The notes: generated by a model from the letters alone, not told the origin. A DNA stretch of 64,000 bases from Selaginella moellendorffii (GCF_000143415.4 NW_003314336.1:485296-549295), one strand, 5' to 3'; shown: positions 27,282-39,010, counted from the stretch's first letter. A program made the numbers and translations.

Positions 27282-28037
27282 ATGGCGAGAGGAAGCAAGA
27301 GAAGTAGAGAAGACGATGGTATCATGGTGCTGACAAAGAAGCGTCGACTGAGAAGCGAGAGGGCTTGCAAGCTCACGGCCCAAGAGGTGAGGGATCAAAA
27401 CTTGTACGGCGTGTGGGAGCACCACGACCTTCCGGACAACGTGTACCAGTGCCCAAGGTGCCAATCTTACAACACGCGGTTCGATTACTACAACAACGAG
27501 AAGAGTACTGGCAAGCGTGACCAGCCGCGCTACGTTTGTAGGTCGTGCAAGGGAAAATGGACACAAGGTGGCAAGGTAAGGGACGTATCGCTATCGCCCA
27601 CCGGTGGAAATAAGAGAACTTTAAAGAGCCATGGGGGAGACAAGATCACTCCAGTCGTCCAGGAAGTAGGAGAACCATCTCAAGTTATGGGTGATTGTGT
27701 TGCGGGTTTTGATCAAACTACTTATTGGGAGCAAGGTCATGGTGTTGGTGATTGTGCCCAACCTTTATCTCACGAGGCTTTTGATCAAAACAGTTATTGG
27801 GAGCTTCTGCCAGGCTTGGGTCAAGGGCCTGTTGGTGATTGTGTGCAAGAAGAGTTTGCTCAAACTAGCGAGCTTGGCGATGGAGTGTTTGCTGATCAAG
27901 TTAGTCAGGAGTTTGTTGGTGGGGTTCAAGGTGGAGATGTGCAAACCAATTGCTGGGGGCAACCTCAAGAATTCAATGATGTGTTTCTTGATATTGAGGG
28001 ATTTTTGGCAGACCTGCCAGAAATACAAGCTTGCTGA
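27282..28037 (+). CDS. Atypical Dof zinc-finger transcription factor, copy 1 (251 aa)
   Basis: CPRC.S.NT.F.YYNN....QPRY.C..C...WT.GG..R Dof signature; NLS KKRRLR; acidic C-terminus; intronless. Confidence 0.85.
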   Translation: MARGSKRSREDDGIMVLTKKRRLRSERACKLTAQEVRDQNLYGVWEHHDLPDNVYQCPRCQSYNTRFDYYNNEKSTGKRDQPRYVCRSCKGKWTQGGKVRDVSLSPTGGNKRTLKSHGGDKITPVVQEVGEPSQVMGDCVAGFDQTTYWEQGHGVGDCAQPLSHEAFDQNSYWELLPGLGQGPVGDCVQEEFAQTSELGDGVFADQVSQEFVGGVQGGDVQTNCWGQPQEFNDVFLDIEGFLADLPEIQAC

Positions 28038-28116
28038 TTCATGGAAATTTTTGTCAAAAGCCCTTATATATAGTTGCCAATTTTTTCAGAACTTTTGGTT
28101 TGCTTAATTAAACTTG

Positions 28117-28520
28117 TAGGGGTAATGAATATATCTAGAATATACTTGAATTTTCTGGGATATTCTACCATTTAACAGTTGTTATTAATTTATATTTAAT
28201 CTTGAATTTATAATTTATAAACACATTTATAAATTATAAACATCCATTTGATCAACTAGATTAAAATTTTGCTATGCATTGCATGCAGCAAAGCTTGGTT
28301 TGCTTAATAATAATGCTTATTATTTATTAATTATATTGATCAATTGGAAGGTTATGATTATAACATGTTTATAATTTATAAACACAAGATTAAATATCAA
28401 CTTTCAGAATAAATTAGAATATGCTAAAAAGTGTTTAAGAATGTTTATAAATTATAAATAATTAAATAGTAGAATATTCCAGAGTATCCAAGCATATTCT
28501 AAGTACATTCACTACCACTA
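28117..28520. mobile_element. AT-rich foldback/MITE-like element with long imperfect TIRs, bounded by TA
   Basis: Left TAGGGGTAATGAATATATCTAGAATATACTTGAATTTTCTGGGATATTCTAC matches the reverse complement of right GTAGAATATTCCAGAGTATCCAAGCATATTCTAAGTACATTCACTACCACTA. Confidence 0.7.
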
Positions 28521-29699
28521 GGAATAATACTATTATTAAGCAAACTAAATATTACTGCATGCAACACACATTTAAAAATATACAAATTAGGAGTTTTTTG
28601 CTGAACATGGGCATCTGATGCGAGGGAGGACCAAATTTCTCACCCCAGGATTCTCCATGACTGGTTTGTAGGACTGAGTAGAACACCCTTGTCGTCAGGC
28701 ATTTCTGCCTCCTGTCCTCAAGCACCACCATACTAGATGGATTGCTGGAGCACACTGCCAGCATTTGCCAGGCACATCAAATCTTCTACCTGGTCAGCCT
28801 GAGGGCAAGGACCGGAGCTACTCTGCTTCCTTCTACCTGTAAGAAATCTTTAGTGATCCATTCTAGTTCTCCGATTTTGAACTTTATCCAAAAGTAAAAT
28901 AGACTGAGCGGTAGCCAAAAAAACTAAACTCCTCTTTTTTCAAGGAGATCAAACTTTCCAAAAGCAATCACGAACTTTAGTGCTTTTATAATGTTGTTTT
29001 GATAACAAAAGGGAAGATTGGTGCAGGTACCCGCACTATCAGGGTCTCTTGTGGACTGACAACAAAGCTAGTCACTAAAATGCTAATAATGCTATTACAA
29101 TCGTTCCTACTTGTCACTAATACATGTTTTTAGAGGGTCTTGCTGGAGGCATGAGACCACTGGGACAACTGACGAAGAAAATGAGAGAACAAGGAGCAAG
29201 AACATTGAAAATAAACTCATCACCCTAGAATGTAATTAACGGCATCCAGACTTGGAATGTGTGACTTCTACCAGTAGTACAACATACTTTTGCCCTGTCC
29301 CTACCAACACCACGATAGGGGAGCTACAGCTCTGACAACACTCTCATGTTTTTTAGGTCATTTGGGAGAATATGGATCTAGAGAGCATATACTTAGAATA
29401 TATCTAGTTTGTGGTTTCTATATTCTAACATAACATAATCTTGAGTTCCCGAAATTCCTCTGAGCTCCTAGCAAGTACATGTAATTAAAAGCACAAAACA
29501 TAGAATATCTAAAAGTGAAGCGACAGTGGTTGCCTCCTCCGTCACAAGCCGCCTTGAGAGATCTGTGACAACAAGGGAAATCCATTTCTCAAGAGGAGAA
29601 AACTAAGAAGTGTTTCTTACCTCGTCAAGTTCTTCTACGTTTGGCTCCCCAGACGAGTCTTCGATCATTTCCTGGAGACCAGGAATAAGAGTTTGCCTC

Positions 29700-30165
29700 A
29701 CAAGTCACCATGTTGAAAGGATGAGCACTCGTGACTCCTTTCAGCTCCGTCCGAAAGAAGAGTTCCAAAGCGATAGCCCCATCTTCTAAAGCACGGAGTT
29801 TGACAAGTTTGCCTATCCAAACTAGCGCAAGCTTTCAATGCAGCCATGCGCTCCGCTCTCAATTTGTTTTCACGCATGAGAACTATTTACTGTCAGCCAT
29901 CCTCGAACGATTGTGGCTGCGTTGAAGGCCTGCTCCCTCCTGGCAACCGAAGAAGATAGCGTACTGGATGATGCGACTGAGAAGAAACGCGTGATCAAGT
30001 TTGAGTCGGTGAAAATCCGAGCGGTTTTGATTCGCATGTGTGCTGAGCCCGTGCCGAGTGTGGACGCTCGTGGAGTGTTCGACAGGCTGGATTTTTCGAC
30101 TGTGTCATGGAACAGTTTGATGCTTGGATACAATGCGCGGCTCGCCGTTCTTTCAGTGTAGGCCT
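29700..30165. pseudogene. Degenerate PPR fragments in head-to-head inverted orientation
   Basis: Minus-strand ALKACASL/GKLVKLRALEDG followed by plus-strand VAALKACSLLA...ARGVFDR..VSWNSLMLGY. Confidence 0.7.
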
Positions 30166-30572
30166 GGATCATAGTCGGAGGAATGAACGCCTGTCAAACA
30201 CGGCACTTCCATCTTCAACAAGGTGCTGACAAAGGCATCTGTGTCACAGCCACAGCTCGTCGGGAAATTCCTATAGATAGATCTTAAGCTTCACCAGTTT
30301 TCCATCATCAACCTTTAGCGCCTTGATTGTATTTACAGCCAAACCATTTGCCATACATTGTGATGAGAATACTTGCGCATGCCTGGCTTCTCGACAGACT
30401 CTTTTCTTCTTGCCCGCTGCGATGTGGATGCCGCATATCCATCCATCTTTCGGATATTCTTACCTTAAACCGCACAGGATTAGTGGGAAGCTATGCTGTT
30501 TAAGCTAACCCAGCCTTTACTTTAGTGCATATATAAATAAATAAGGTCAAGTCCTTTAGGATCGTACGAGCT

Positions 30573-31334
30573 ATGGCGAGAGCAAGCAAGAGAAGTAGAG
30601 AAGACGACGGTATCATGGTGCCGACAAAGAAGCGTCGACTGAGAAGCGAGAGGGCTTGCAAGCTCACGGCCCAAGAGGTGAGGGATCAAAACTTGTACGG
30701 CGTGTGGGAGCACCACGACCTTCCGGACAACGTGTACCAGTGCCCAAGGTGCCAATCTTACAACACGCGGTTCGATTACTACAACAACGAGAAGAGTACT
30801 GGCAAGCGCGACCAGCCGCGCTACGCTTGTAGGTCGTGCAAGGGAAAATGGACACAAGGTGGCAAGGTAAGGAACGTATCGCTATCGCCCACTGGTGGAA
30901 ATAAGAGAACTTCAAAGAGCCATGGGGGAGACAAGATCACTCCAGTCGTCCAGGAAGAATTTGTAGGCGAATTATCTCAAGTTATGGGTAATTGTGTTGT
31001 GGGTTTTGATCAAACTACTTATTGGGAGCAAGGTTATGGTGTTGGTGATTGTGCCCAACCTTTCTCTCACGAGGCTTTTGATCAAAACAGTTATTGGGAG
31101 CTTCTGCCAGGCTTGGGTCAAGGGCCTGTTGGTGATTGTGTGCAAGAAGTGTTTGCTCAAACTAGCGAGCTTGGCGATGGAGTGTTTGCTGATCAAGTTA
31201 GTCAGGAGTTTGTTGGTGGGGTTCAACGTGGAGATGTGCAAACCAATTGCTGGGGCCAACCTCAAGAAGTCAATGATGTGTTTCTTGATATTGAGGGATT
31301 TTTGGCAGACCTGCCAGAAATACAAGCTTGCTGA
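30573..31334 (+). CDS. Atypical Dof zinc-finger transcription factor, copy 2 (253 aa)
   Basis: Near-identical to copy 1; intact ORF. Confidence 0.85.
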   Translation: MARASKRSREDDGIMVPTKKRRLRSERACKLTAQEVRDQNLYGVWEHHDLPDNVYQCPRCQSYNTRFDYYNNEKSTGKRDQPRYACRSCKGKWTQGGKVRNVSLSPTGGNKRTSKSHGGDKITPVVQEEFVGELSQVMGNCVVGFDQTTYWEQGYGVGDCAQPFSHEAFDQNSYWELLPGLGQGPVGDCVQEVFAQTSELGDGVFADQVSQEFVGGVQRGDVQTNCWGQPQEVNDVFLDIEGFLADLPEIQAC

Positions 31335-31413
31335 TTCATGGAAATTTTTGTCAAAAGCTCTTATATATAGTTGCCAATTTTTTCAGAATTTTTGGTTTGC
31401 TCAAGTAAACTTG

Positions 31414-31930
31414 TAGGGGTAATGAATATATCTAGAATATACTTGAATTTTCTGGGATATTCTACCATTTAACAGTTGTTATTAATTTATATTTAATCTT
31501 GAATTTATAATTTATAAACACATTTATAAATTATAAACTTTCCTAAGCAGTTTCTATTATATTCTAATTTATTCTACTATTTAATGGTTGATATATAATA
31601 AGATTAATCTTGTGTTTATAAATTATAAACTTCCATTTGATCAACTAGATTAAAAATTTGCTGTGCATTGCATGCAGCAAAGCTTGGTTTGCTTAATAAT
31701 AGTGCTTACTATTCATTAATTATATTGATCAATTTTATGATTATAACATGTTTATAATTCATAAACACAAGATTAAATATCAACTTTCAGAATAAACTAA
31801 AATATGCTAGAAAGTGTTTAGGAATGTTTATAAATTATAAATACATGATTAATTTAAATGAATAACAACCGTTAGATAGTAGAATATCCCAGAGTATCCA
31901 AGTATATTCTAAGTATATTCACTACCACTA
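31414..31930. mobile_element. AT-rich foldback/MITE-like element, longer copy
   Basis: Same TIRs as 28117-28520, with more extended internal inverted arms. Confidence 0.7.
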
Positions 31931-32779
31931 AGCAAACCAATAAATAGAAATAATAATATTATTAAGCAAACTAAATATTGCACACACATTTAAAAATATA
32001 CAAATTAGGAGTTTTTGCTGAACATGGGCATCTGATGTGAGGGAGGACCAAATTTCTCACCCCAGGATTCTTCATGACTGGTTTGTAGGACTGACTAGAA
32101 CACCCTCGTCGTCAAGCATTTCTGCCGCCTGTTCTCAAGCATCACCATGCTAGATGGATTGCTGGAGCACACGCCAGCATTTGCCAGGCACATCAAATCT
32201 TCTACCTGGTCAGCCTGAGGGCAAGGACCGGAGCTTCTCTGCTTCCTTCTAACTGTAAGAAATCTTTGGTGATCCATTCTAGTTCTCCGATTTTGAACTT
32301 TATCCAAAAGTAAATTAGGCAATCTGAGAGGAATTTCGGCAAGCGAAGACTAATGTCTGATACCGCGGCATATTCTGTACCACCACCTTGCTCATGTTTT
32401 TTAGGTCATTTGGGAGAATATGGATCTAGAGAGCATATACTTAGAATATATCCACCTCTAAGCAATATTTTGGTTTGTGGTTTGAGTATATTCTAGCATA
32501 ACATAATCTTGAGTTCCCGAAATTCCTCATAAATGTTGGCAAGTACATGTAATTAAAAGCACAAAACATAGAATATCTAAAAGTGAAGCGACAGTGGTTG
32601 CCTCCTCCGTGAGAAGCCGCCTTGAGAACCCTAGTATCACAATCTCTGTAGATCTGTGACAACAAGGGAAATCCATTTCTCAAGAGGAGAAAACTAAGAA
32701 GTGTTTCTTACCTCGTCAAGTTCTTCTATGTTTGGCTCCGCCAGACGAGTCTTCGATCATTTCCTGGAGACCAGGAATA

Positions 32780-33325
32780 AGAGTTTGCCTCACAAGTCAC
32801 CATGTTGAGAGGATGAGCACTCGTGACTCCTTTCAGCTCCATCCGAAAGAAGAGTTCCAAAGCGATAGCCATGCCATCTTCTAAAGCACGGAGTTTGACA
32901 AGTTTGCCTATCCAAACTAGCGCAAGCTTTCAACGCAGCCACAAAGGTGAGAAAACCCCGGATCGTTCCATGAATGGAAACAGCTCCACTCGAGAACCAA
33001 GCCCGTGCGCTCCGCTCTCCATTTGTTTTCACGCATGAGAACCATTTACTGTCAGCCATCCTCGAACGATTGTGGCTGCGTTGAAGGCCTGCTCCCTCCT
33101 GGCAACCGAAGAAGATAGCGTACTGGATGATGCGACTGAGAAGAAACGCGTGATCAAGTTTGAGTCGGTGAAAATCCGAGCGGTTTTGATTCGCATGTGT
33201 GCCGAGCCCGTGCCGAGTGTGGACGCTCGTGGAGTGTTCGACAGGCTGGATTTTTCGACTGTGTCATGGAACAGTTTGATGCTTGGATACAATGCGTGGC
33301 TCGCCGTTTTTTCAGTGTAGGCCTG
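32780..33325. pseudogene. Degenerate PPR fragments in inverted orientation
   Basis: Same arrangement as 29700-30165 but with a longer minus-strand piece. Confidence 0.7.
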
Positions 33326-33746
33326 GATCATAGTCGGAGGAATGAACGCCTGTCAAACACGGCACTTCCATCTTCAACAAGGTGCTGACAAAGGCATCTG
33401 TGTCACAGCCACAGCTCGTCGCTCTGGACAGCGTGGATGGAAATGCCTATAGATAGATCTTGAGCTTCACCAGTTTTCCATCATCAACCTTTAGCGCCTT
33501 GATTGTATTTACACCATTTTTCTAAACCATTTGCCATACATTGTGCTGAGAATACTTGCGCATACCTGGCTTCTCGACAGACTCTTTTCTTCTTGCCCGC
33601 TGCGATGTGGATGCCGCATATCCATCCATCTTTCGACTGATATTCTTACCTTAATAGTGGGAATCTACGCTGTTTAAGCTAACCCAGCCTTTACTTTAGT
33701 GCATATATAAATAAATAAGGTCAAGTCCTTTAGGATCGTACGAGCT

Positions 33747-34586
33747 ATGGCGAGAGCAAGCAAGAGAAGTAGAGAAGACGATGGTATCATGGTGCCGACA
33801 AAGAAGCGTCGACTGAGAAGCGAGAGGGCTTGCAAGCTCACGGCCCAAGAGGTGAGGGATCAAAACTTGTACGGCGTGTGGGAGCACCACGACCTTCCGG
33901 ACAACGTGTACCAGTGCCCAAGGTGCCAATCTTACAACACGCGGTTCGATTACTACAACAACGAGAAGAGTACTGGCAAGCGCGACCAGCCGCGCTATAT
34001 TTGTAGGTCGTGCAAGGGAAAATGGACACAAGGTGGCAAGGTAAGGGACGTATCGCTATCGCCCACTGGTGGAAATAAGACTTTAAAGAGCCATGGGGGA
34101 GACAAGATCGCTCCAGTCGTCCAGGAAGAATTTGTAGGCGAATCATCTCAAGTTATGGGTGATTGTGTTGCGGGTTTTGATCAAACTATGTATTGGGAGC
34201 AAAGTCATGGTGTTGGTGATTGTGCCCAACCTCTCTCTCACGAGGGTTTTGATCAAAACAGTTATTGGGAGCTTCTAGGCTTGGGTCAAGGGCCTGTTGG
34301 TGATTGTGTGCAAGAAGTATTTGCTCAAACTAGCGAGCTTGGCGATGGAGTGTTTGCTGATCAAGTTAGTCAGGAGTTTGTTGGTGATTGTGAGCAAGAA
34401 CTGTTTGCTCAAACTAGTGAGCTTGGCGATGGAGTGTTTGCTGATCAAGTTAGTCAGGAGTTTGTTGGTGGGGTTCAAGGTGGAGATGTGCAAACCAATT
34501 GCTGGGGGCAACCTCAAGAATTCAACGATGTGTTTCTTGATATTGAGGGATTTCTGGCAGACCTGCCAGAAATACAAGCTTGCTGA
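33747..34586 (+). CDS. Atypical Dof zinc-finger transcription factor, copy 3 (279 aa; 84-nt internal duplication 34299-34466)
   Basis: Intact ORF; GDC.QE.FAQTSELGDGVFADQVSQEFV occurs twice. Confidence 0.85.
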   Translation: MARASKRSREDDGIMVPTKKRRLRSERACKLTAQEVRDQNLYGVWEHHDLPDNVYQCPRCQSYNTRFDYYNNEKSTGKRDQPRYICRSCKGKWTQGGKVRDVSLSPTGGNKTLKSHGGDKIAPVVQEEFVGESSQVMGDCVAGFDQTMYWEQSHGVGDCAQPLSHEGFDQNSYWELLGLGQGPVGDCVQEVFAQTSELGDGVFADQVSQEFVGDCEQELFAQTSELGDGVFADQVSQEFVGGVQGGDVQTNCWGQPQEFNDVFLDIEGFLADLPEIQAC

Positions 34587-34768
34587 TTCATGGAAATTTT
34601 TGTCAAAAGAAAATTTATAGTTGGATCCCAGGGTTTCCAGAGAGTTTTCATTTGTTTGATGAGTAGAAGCCTACATAGAATTATATTTCAATCTGTATGT
34701 CAAATAATTTAGGATATGAAAAGCCGCAAAGATAAGAAAAAATATATACTTTTTCTTTTTCCTCTCTC

Positions 34769-37700
34769 TCAAAATAGTTTCCTGTCCACCAGTAAGCCGA
34801 CGACGAAGGAGCTCACAGAAACCGCGACAATGGTTGCTCCAAGGAACCCGGAGGAAGCCTTGCCCTGCTTTCCCACCACTTTGTCCTCGCCACTGCTCGT
34901 CTCCTCCTCCACAACTCCTGCGGAAGGAGCCGCTCCTTTCCTCCTCCTCGGCATTGCCTTGAGAGCTCCGGTATCGAAATCTCTGGAGATACTTCTCATC
35001 TGTGACGAAGATGAAAATCCATGTCTTAGCAGCAAGCGAGGAAGAAGGAGAGAAAACTGTACAAGTGTGGTTCCTTACCTCGACTTCTTCAACGGCTGGC
35101 TCCGCTGGACGAGTTTCCAACTTCTTGGCAAACGCTCCATTTACGTGGATCTCACTCAGCTTCTTACGAAGATCCTCTCTCTCGCCTTTGATACTAGATA
35201 TCTGGTGTTCATCACAAAGTATTAGAAGGAAAGAAGAAGACCAAGCAAGAGTTACCTCATTATCCAGCAGCTGCTTTTCCTTGGAAAACTCTTCGCTCAT
35301 CGCGCTTAGCTTGGCGAGGAGCGACTTGGTCTCCGATGCGTAGCCATCTCGCTGCTGGGCCTCGCTCTCCTGCATTCGCGAGATCGTCTTCTCCTGCTCA
35401 GAAATGAGTCGAGCTGCTTCGTCCAGTTTTTCCTCCAGAGAGCTCGCCACACCTTGGACCTTCGCGAGCTCTGCTTGAAAGTTTGATGCCATAGCCTCGG
35501 CTTCCTTCTCGAGCTCTTGCACCTTCTTACTTTCGGCGTCTTTGGATCTCGCAGCCTCTCGTTTGGTGGCCTCGAGCACTTCCTCCGTATTAGCCAGCTT
35601 CTCCGCCAGCTTCTCGATGGTACTCTCGAGAGCGGCGATCTTCTCCGCTGCGGCTCTCTGGCTCTCCCCTGCGTCAGCCTGATGCTTTGCCGTAGCTTCT
35701 TCTGCGCTCGAAAGCTTGCCTCGCAGTTCTGCCTCGGCTTGGAAAGCCGACTTGAGAGTCTCCTCTTGGCCAGCCAAGGTCTCTTTCAAAGCTGTCAGCT
35801 TGGAGTTCACAGCCGAGAGCTCCTGCTCTCTTTCCGAGGCCACCTTTTCTCGTTCGCCTGCTGTTGCCTCGTGCATTGCTGAAGTTTCTTCTGCGAGCTT
35901 GAGCTGTTGACGTAGCTCCGCCTCGGTGTCAACAGCCGCCTTCAGAGTTTCTTCCTGACTCGCCAAAACCTTCTCTAGAGATGCCAGTTTCGAATGTAAA
36001 CTCGACATCTCCTCTTCCAGCTCCGCAACCTTCTTGTTGGAGACGTTGGCGAGCTCTTCATAATGCGCCGATTTGCTCTCGGCAGCTTCGACGCTCCCTT
36101 GGAGTGTCACATGCATTTGACGAGAGCTCTCCACAACTCCTTCGAGCTCGGAAGCCTTTGCCGCGTGAGTGGAAAGTTCTGCTTGGATTTCACGCAGCTT
36201 GTCCTCGAGCTGCGCAGAATTCTGGCTATACTCGTTGCTGGACTTCTCGTGAATCGCAGACGTCTCCTCCGCCGTCCGGAGCTTCTGCTCAAGTTCCTTC
36301 TCTCTTTCCACGCCGGAGCTCAAATCTCGCGCAAGAGCTTCGTGTCTAGAGGACGCCTCCTCCGTCTGTCTCGTTAGCGATTCTTGAAGCTCATTCAATG
36401 CCGCTTTATAATCTGCCTCTTGCTTTTCACCTGCTGCTCTGGACGCTTCGAGCTGCTCAGCGAGCTTCGCTTCCCTGTCCTTGGAATCTTGAAGCTCCGC
36501 TTGCAGTTTTGTAGTCAATTCTGCGGCTTCGTTAGCTTGACTTTGAAGAGCCAGGAGAGACTCTTTTAACTGCGAGGTCGTTGCCGAGGACTCTTCCAAG
36601 CTTCGCTCGTAGTTTTGGTATTTCTCGTCGGCCAGGCTCAGCTTCTCATGGAGTTCCTTTTGAAGATCGTCGTGCTTTGCCTGAATCCCAGCTGCAGTCG
36701 CCACGTGTTTCTCTGCTGTTGACTTTGCCTCTTCCAAATCACTCCGCAAGCCACTAATCACAAGCTCGCTCGACTTAAGCTTTTCTTCAGAAGCAGCGGC
36801 AATGGCTTCGATACTTGTCAGGCTCTCGCTAAGTTCCGCCACCGTCATCAGATGCTTTTGGGCATCACCTTCGTGGCCTGCGGCAGATTCCTCTGCGGAG
36901 CGCAACTTGGACTCCAATGCCGTGATCTTGCTCTCGGCGTCAGCTGCCGTCTGTTGAAGAAGCTGTAGTTGAGCTTCTGTTTCCTTCAAGATCGCCTCAA
37001 ATTTGGAAGCGGCTGCCACCTTTTCTTTCAAGTTTTCGCATTCGGCCTGCCATGACTTGCTGCTTTCTTCAGCAACATCTCCTCTCGCCCGAGCTTCTTG
37101 AAGAAGTCGCTCAACATCTTTCGCTTTTTCCATCCACTCCTTAGCCTGTTCCTCTTGGACCGAAACGTTCTTCTTATACGTTTCAACCTCCTCGAGAGAA
37201 TCCTTCGCATTCTTCTCGAGATCATTCACCGAGGCTTTGAGAGCAGACACCTCAGCCTCCAGCTCAGCCATTGAAGCCCGAGCAGATTCGATCTCCACTT
37301 TGTGACTTTCAGCTTCGTCTTTCGATCGTGACTCCGCGTCCACTAGCAGCTTCTCAAGCTCACCCTTGGCTTTGGACAAAGCCTCCAGCTGACCATTGAG
37401 TGACGCCTCGGCGGACTTGCTTGCTTCTACTTCAGCCTCGGCTTTCTCAACCTTTTCCGTAAGGATTGCCACCTGACTGGAAAGCTCTTGGACTTTTTCC
37501 TCGCCAGCTTTTACCTCGGCAGCTTTGTCCGCTTGTAGCTTCTCCATATCTTGCTGCAAAGCCCGCAACTTTCCTTCCGTCTCCTTGGCAGCCAAGGCAG
37601 CCGATTCCTCGTTCTTCTTCAAGTCCGCGACAGCATCACTGGAAAGTTGGAGTTTTTCTGTGAGCTCATCCACTTGTGCTTGGAGGGCAGCGGCAGCTTC

Positions 37701-38179
37701 TTTGGATGACTGGAGGGCGATGGATGCATTCTTGTCGCTGGTTTCCAGCTTAAGTTGCGATCCTTTCAACTGTTCTTCTAGCTCCTTCACGAGGCTCTGC
37801 GCATCGGCGACTTCCTTCTCCAGTTTCTCCTTGGTCAATGTGTGCTTCTCCATCGACGATAACAATTCCGCGAGCTTGGATTCAGCAGCATCGCTTCTCT
37901 TGCTGGCATCCTCGAGATTCTTCTTGGCATCCTCGAGCGACTCAAACAAAACGCCAGCCTTCTCCTTGGCAGTCTCTAGTTCCTTCTCCAATTCTTCCTT
38001 GCCGGCCAGCAATTTCTCTAGCTCGGTCACCTTGCTCTTGAGAGCGGTAGTTTCCTGTTTCCAGTGGAAGAAAATCGTCAGATCGGCACGGAAACGCGAA
38101 CGAATCCAGCGAATCTCACCTCCTCGTCCTTCTCGAGCGCCGGTGCGACGACGGCATCCGAGTTCTCCGCATCGGCCAT
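34769..38179 (-). CDS. Long coiled-coil, C-terminally tail-anchored protein, PICC/PICL-like (exons 38179-38120, 38054-35256, 35201-35079, 34999-34769)
   Basis: ~950 aa of heptads; final exon SRDFD..basic RRRK..TM (FLGATIVAVSVSSFVVGLLV)-DRKLF resembles the SRDID..KRK..TM-GRKY tail of Arabidopsis PICC. Confidence 0.8.
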
Positions 38180-38779
38180 TGGAATCCGAAATTCCTCCCA
38201 AATCTGGCCAAGAAATCCTCGTCTCGATCAATGCGCGTCAATGTGCCAAAGAAAAGATCATACCTCTCGGCCCGCGGCACGCCCTGGCGCAGCTCCCGAT
38301 CCAATCAATCCCTAGAAAACCTAGCGCGCAACGCTGAGCCGCCTAGAACTCTCCTCCCACGAAGCACAGAAAAACAAGACCCTTCAAAGCCCTTTCAATG
38401 ACATAGGCGCTTGCGTGGCAGATATATCCTAGCTGGCGCACCGACGAGGCAAGCCCTAATCCCTGCTGGCATCATACGTGGCACATTGTATTGAAGACAA
38501 GGCCGGCGCTTTTGGTCACAGTCAGTGCCGACAGAAAATTCGTAGAAAAATGCGTGCGTTCCATCTTCTTTTTTTTCTAAACATCTCCTCCACAAACACG
38601 AGCACTGCTTTAGAACGATTCTCCACCAAAAGAAAGGAGCGCCATTGATGATCAATGGATGGAGCATCGATCTACAAAGTTTTTCCCTCAATGGTAAGAA
38701 TGGAAAGAACACTAACATACCTTAGTTGTAAGAATCATGAACTGCGATATATCTCTTCAGTTTTTGTAGCAGAATAATT

Positions 38780-39010
38780 GTGGAGATCGAGCTACCGGTC
38801 GTCACTGAAAAAACTATGGTGACATGTTACCCTCTTTAAAGTTGGAAGCTCTCAATTTTTGGAGGATACAAGCAAAGGTCCCACGATGGAGTGGAAGAAC
38901 TGTTGAAACGATCGCAACTTAAGCTGGTTTGAAATCCAATTTTCTTCTAGTCTGTGCCCGTGCCTTATTATAACAAGCTTCTTTGTGTACAAAATACCTT
39001 CAGATACCAG
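38780..39010 (+). mobile_element. Possible decayed retrotransposon gag relic
   Basis: LKLEALNFWRIQAK...TIAT*AGLKS..VP.PYYNKLL loosely fits the Retrotrans_gag pattern; stops and frameshifts present. Confidence 0.3.

Larger units (their letters stand above)
24900..34608. repeat. Tandem triplication (~3.2-3.3 kb period), internally rearranged mosaic unit
   Basis: Homologous Dof ATGs at 27282, 30573 and 33747; shared flanking blocks, some inverted (26100-26540 vs 28920-29350; 25500-25680 vs 28670-28860). Confidence 0.9.

Noticed and set aside
34671-38231. Single-exon 1186-aa ORF as listed in the track
   Set aside because: It reads through introns; the spliced model (ATG 38179, final TM exon ending 34769) fits the PICC-like architecture better
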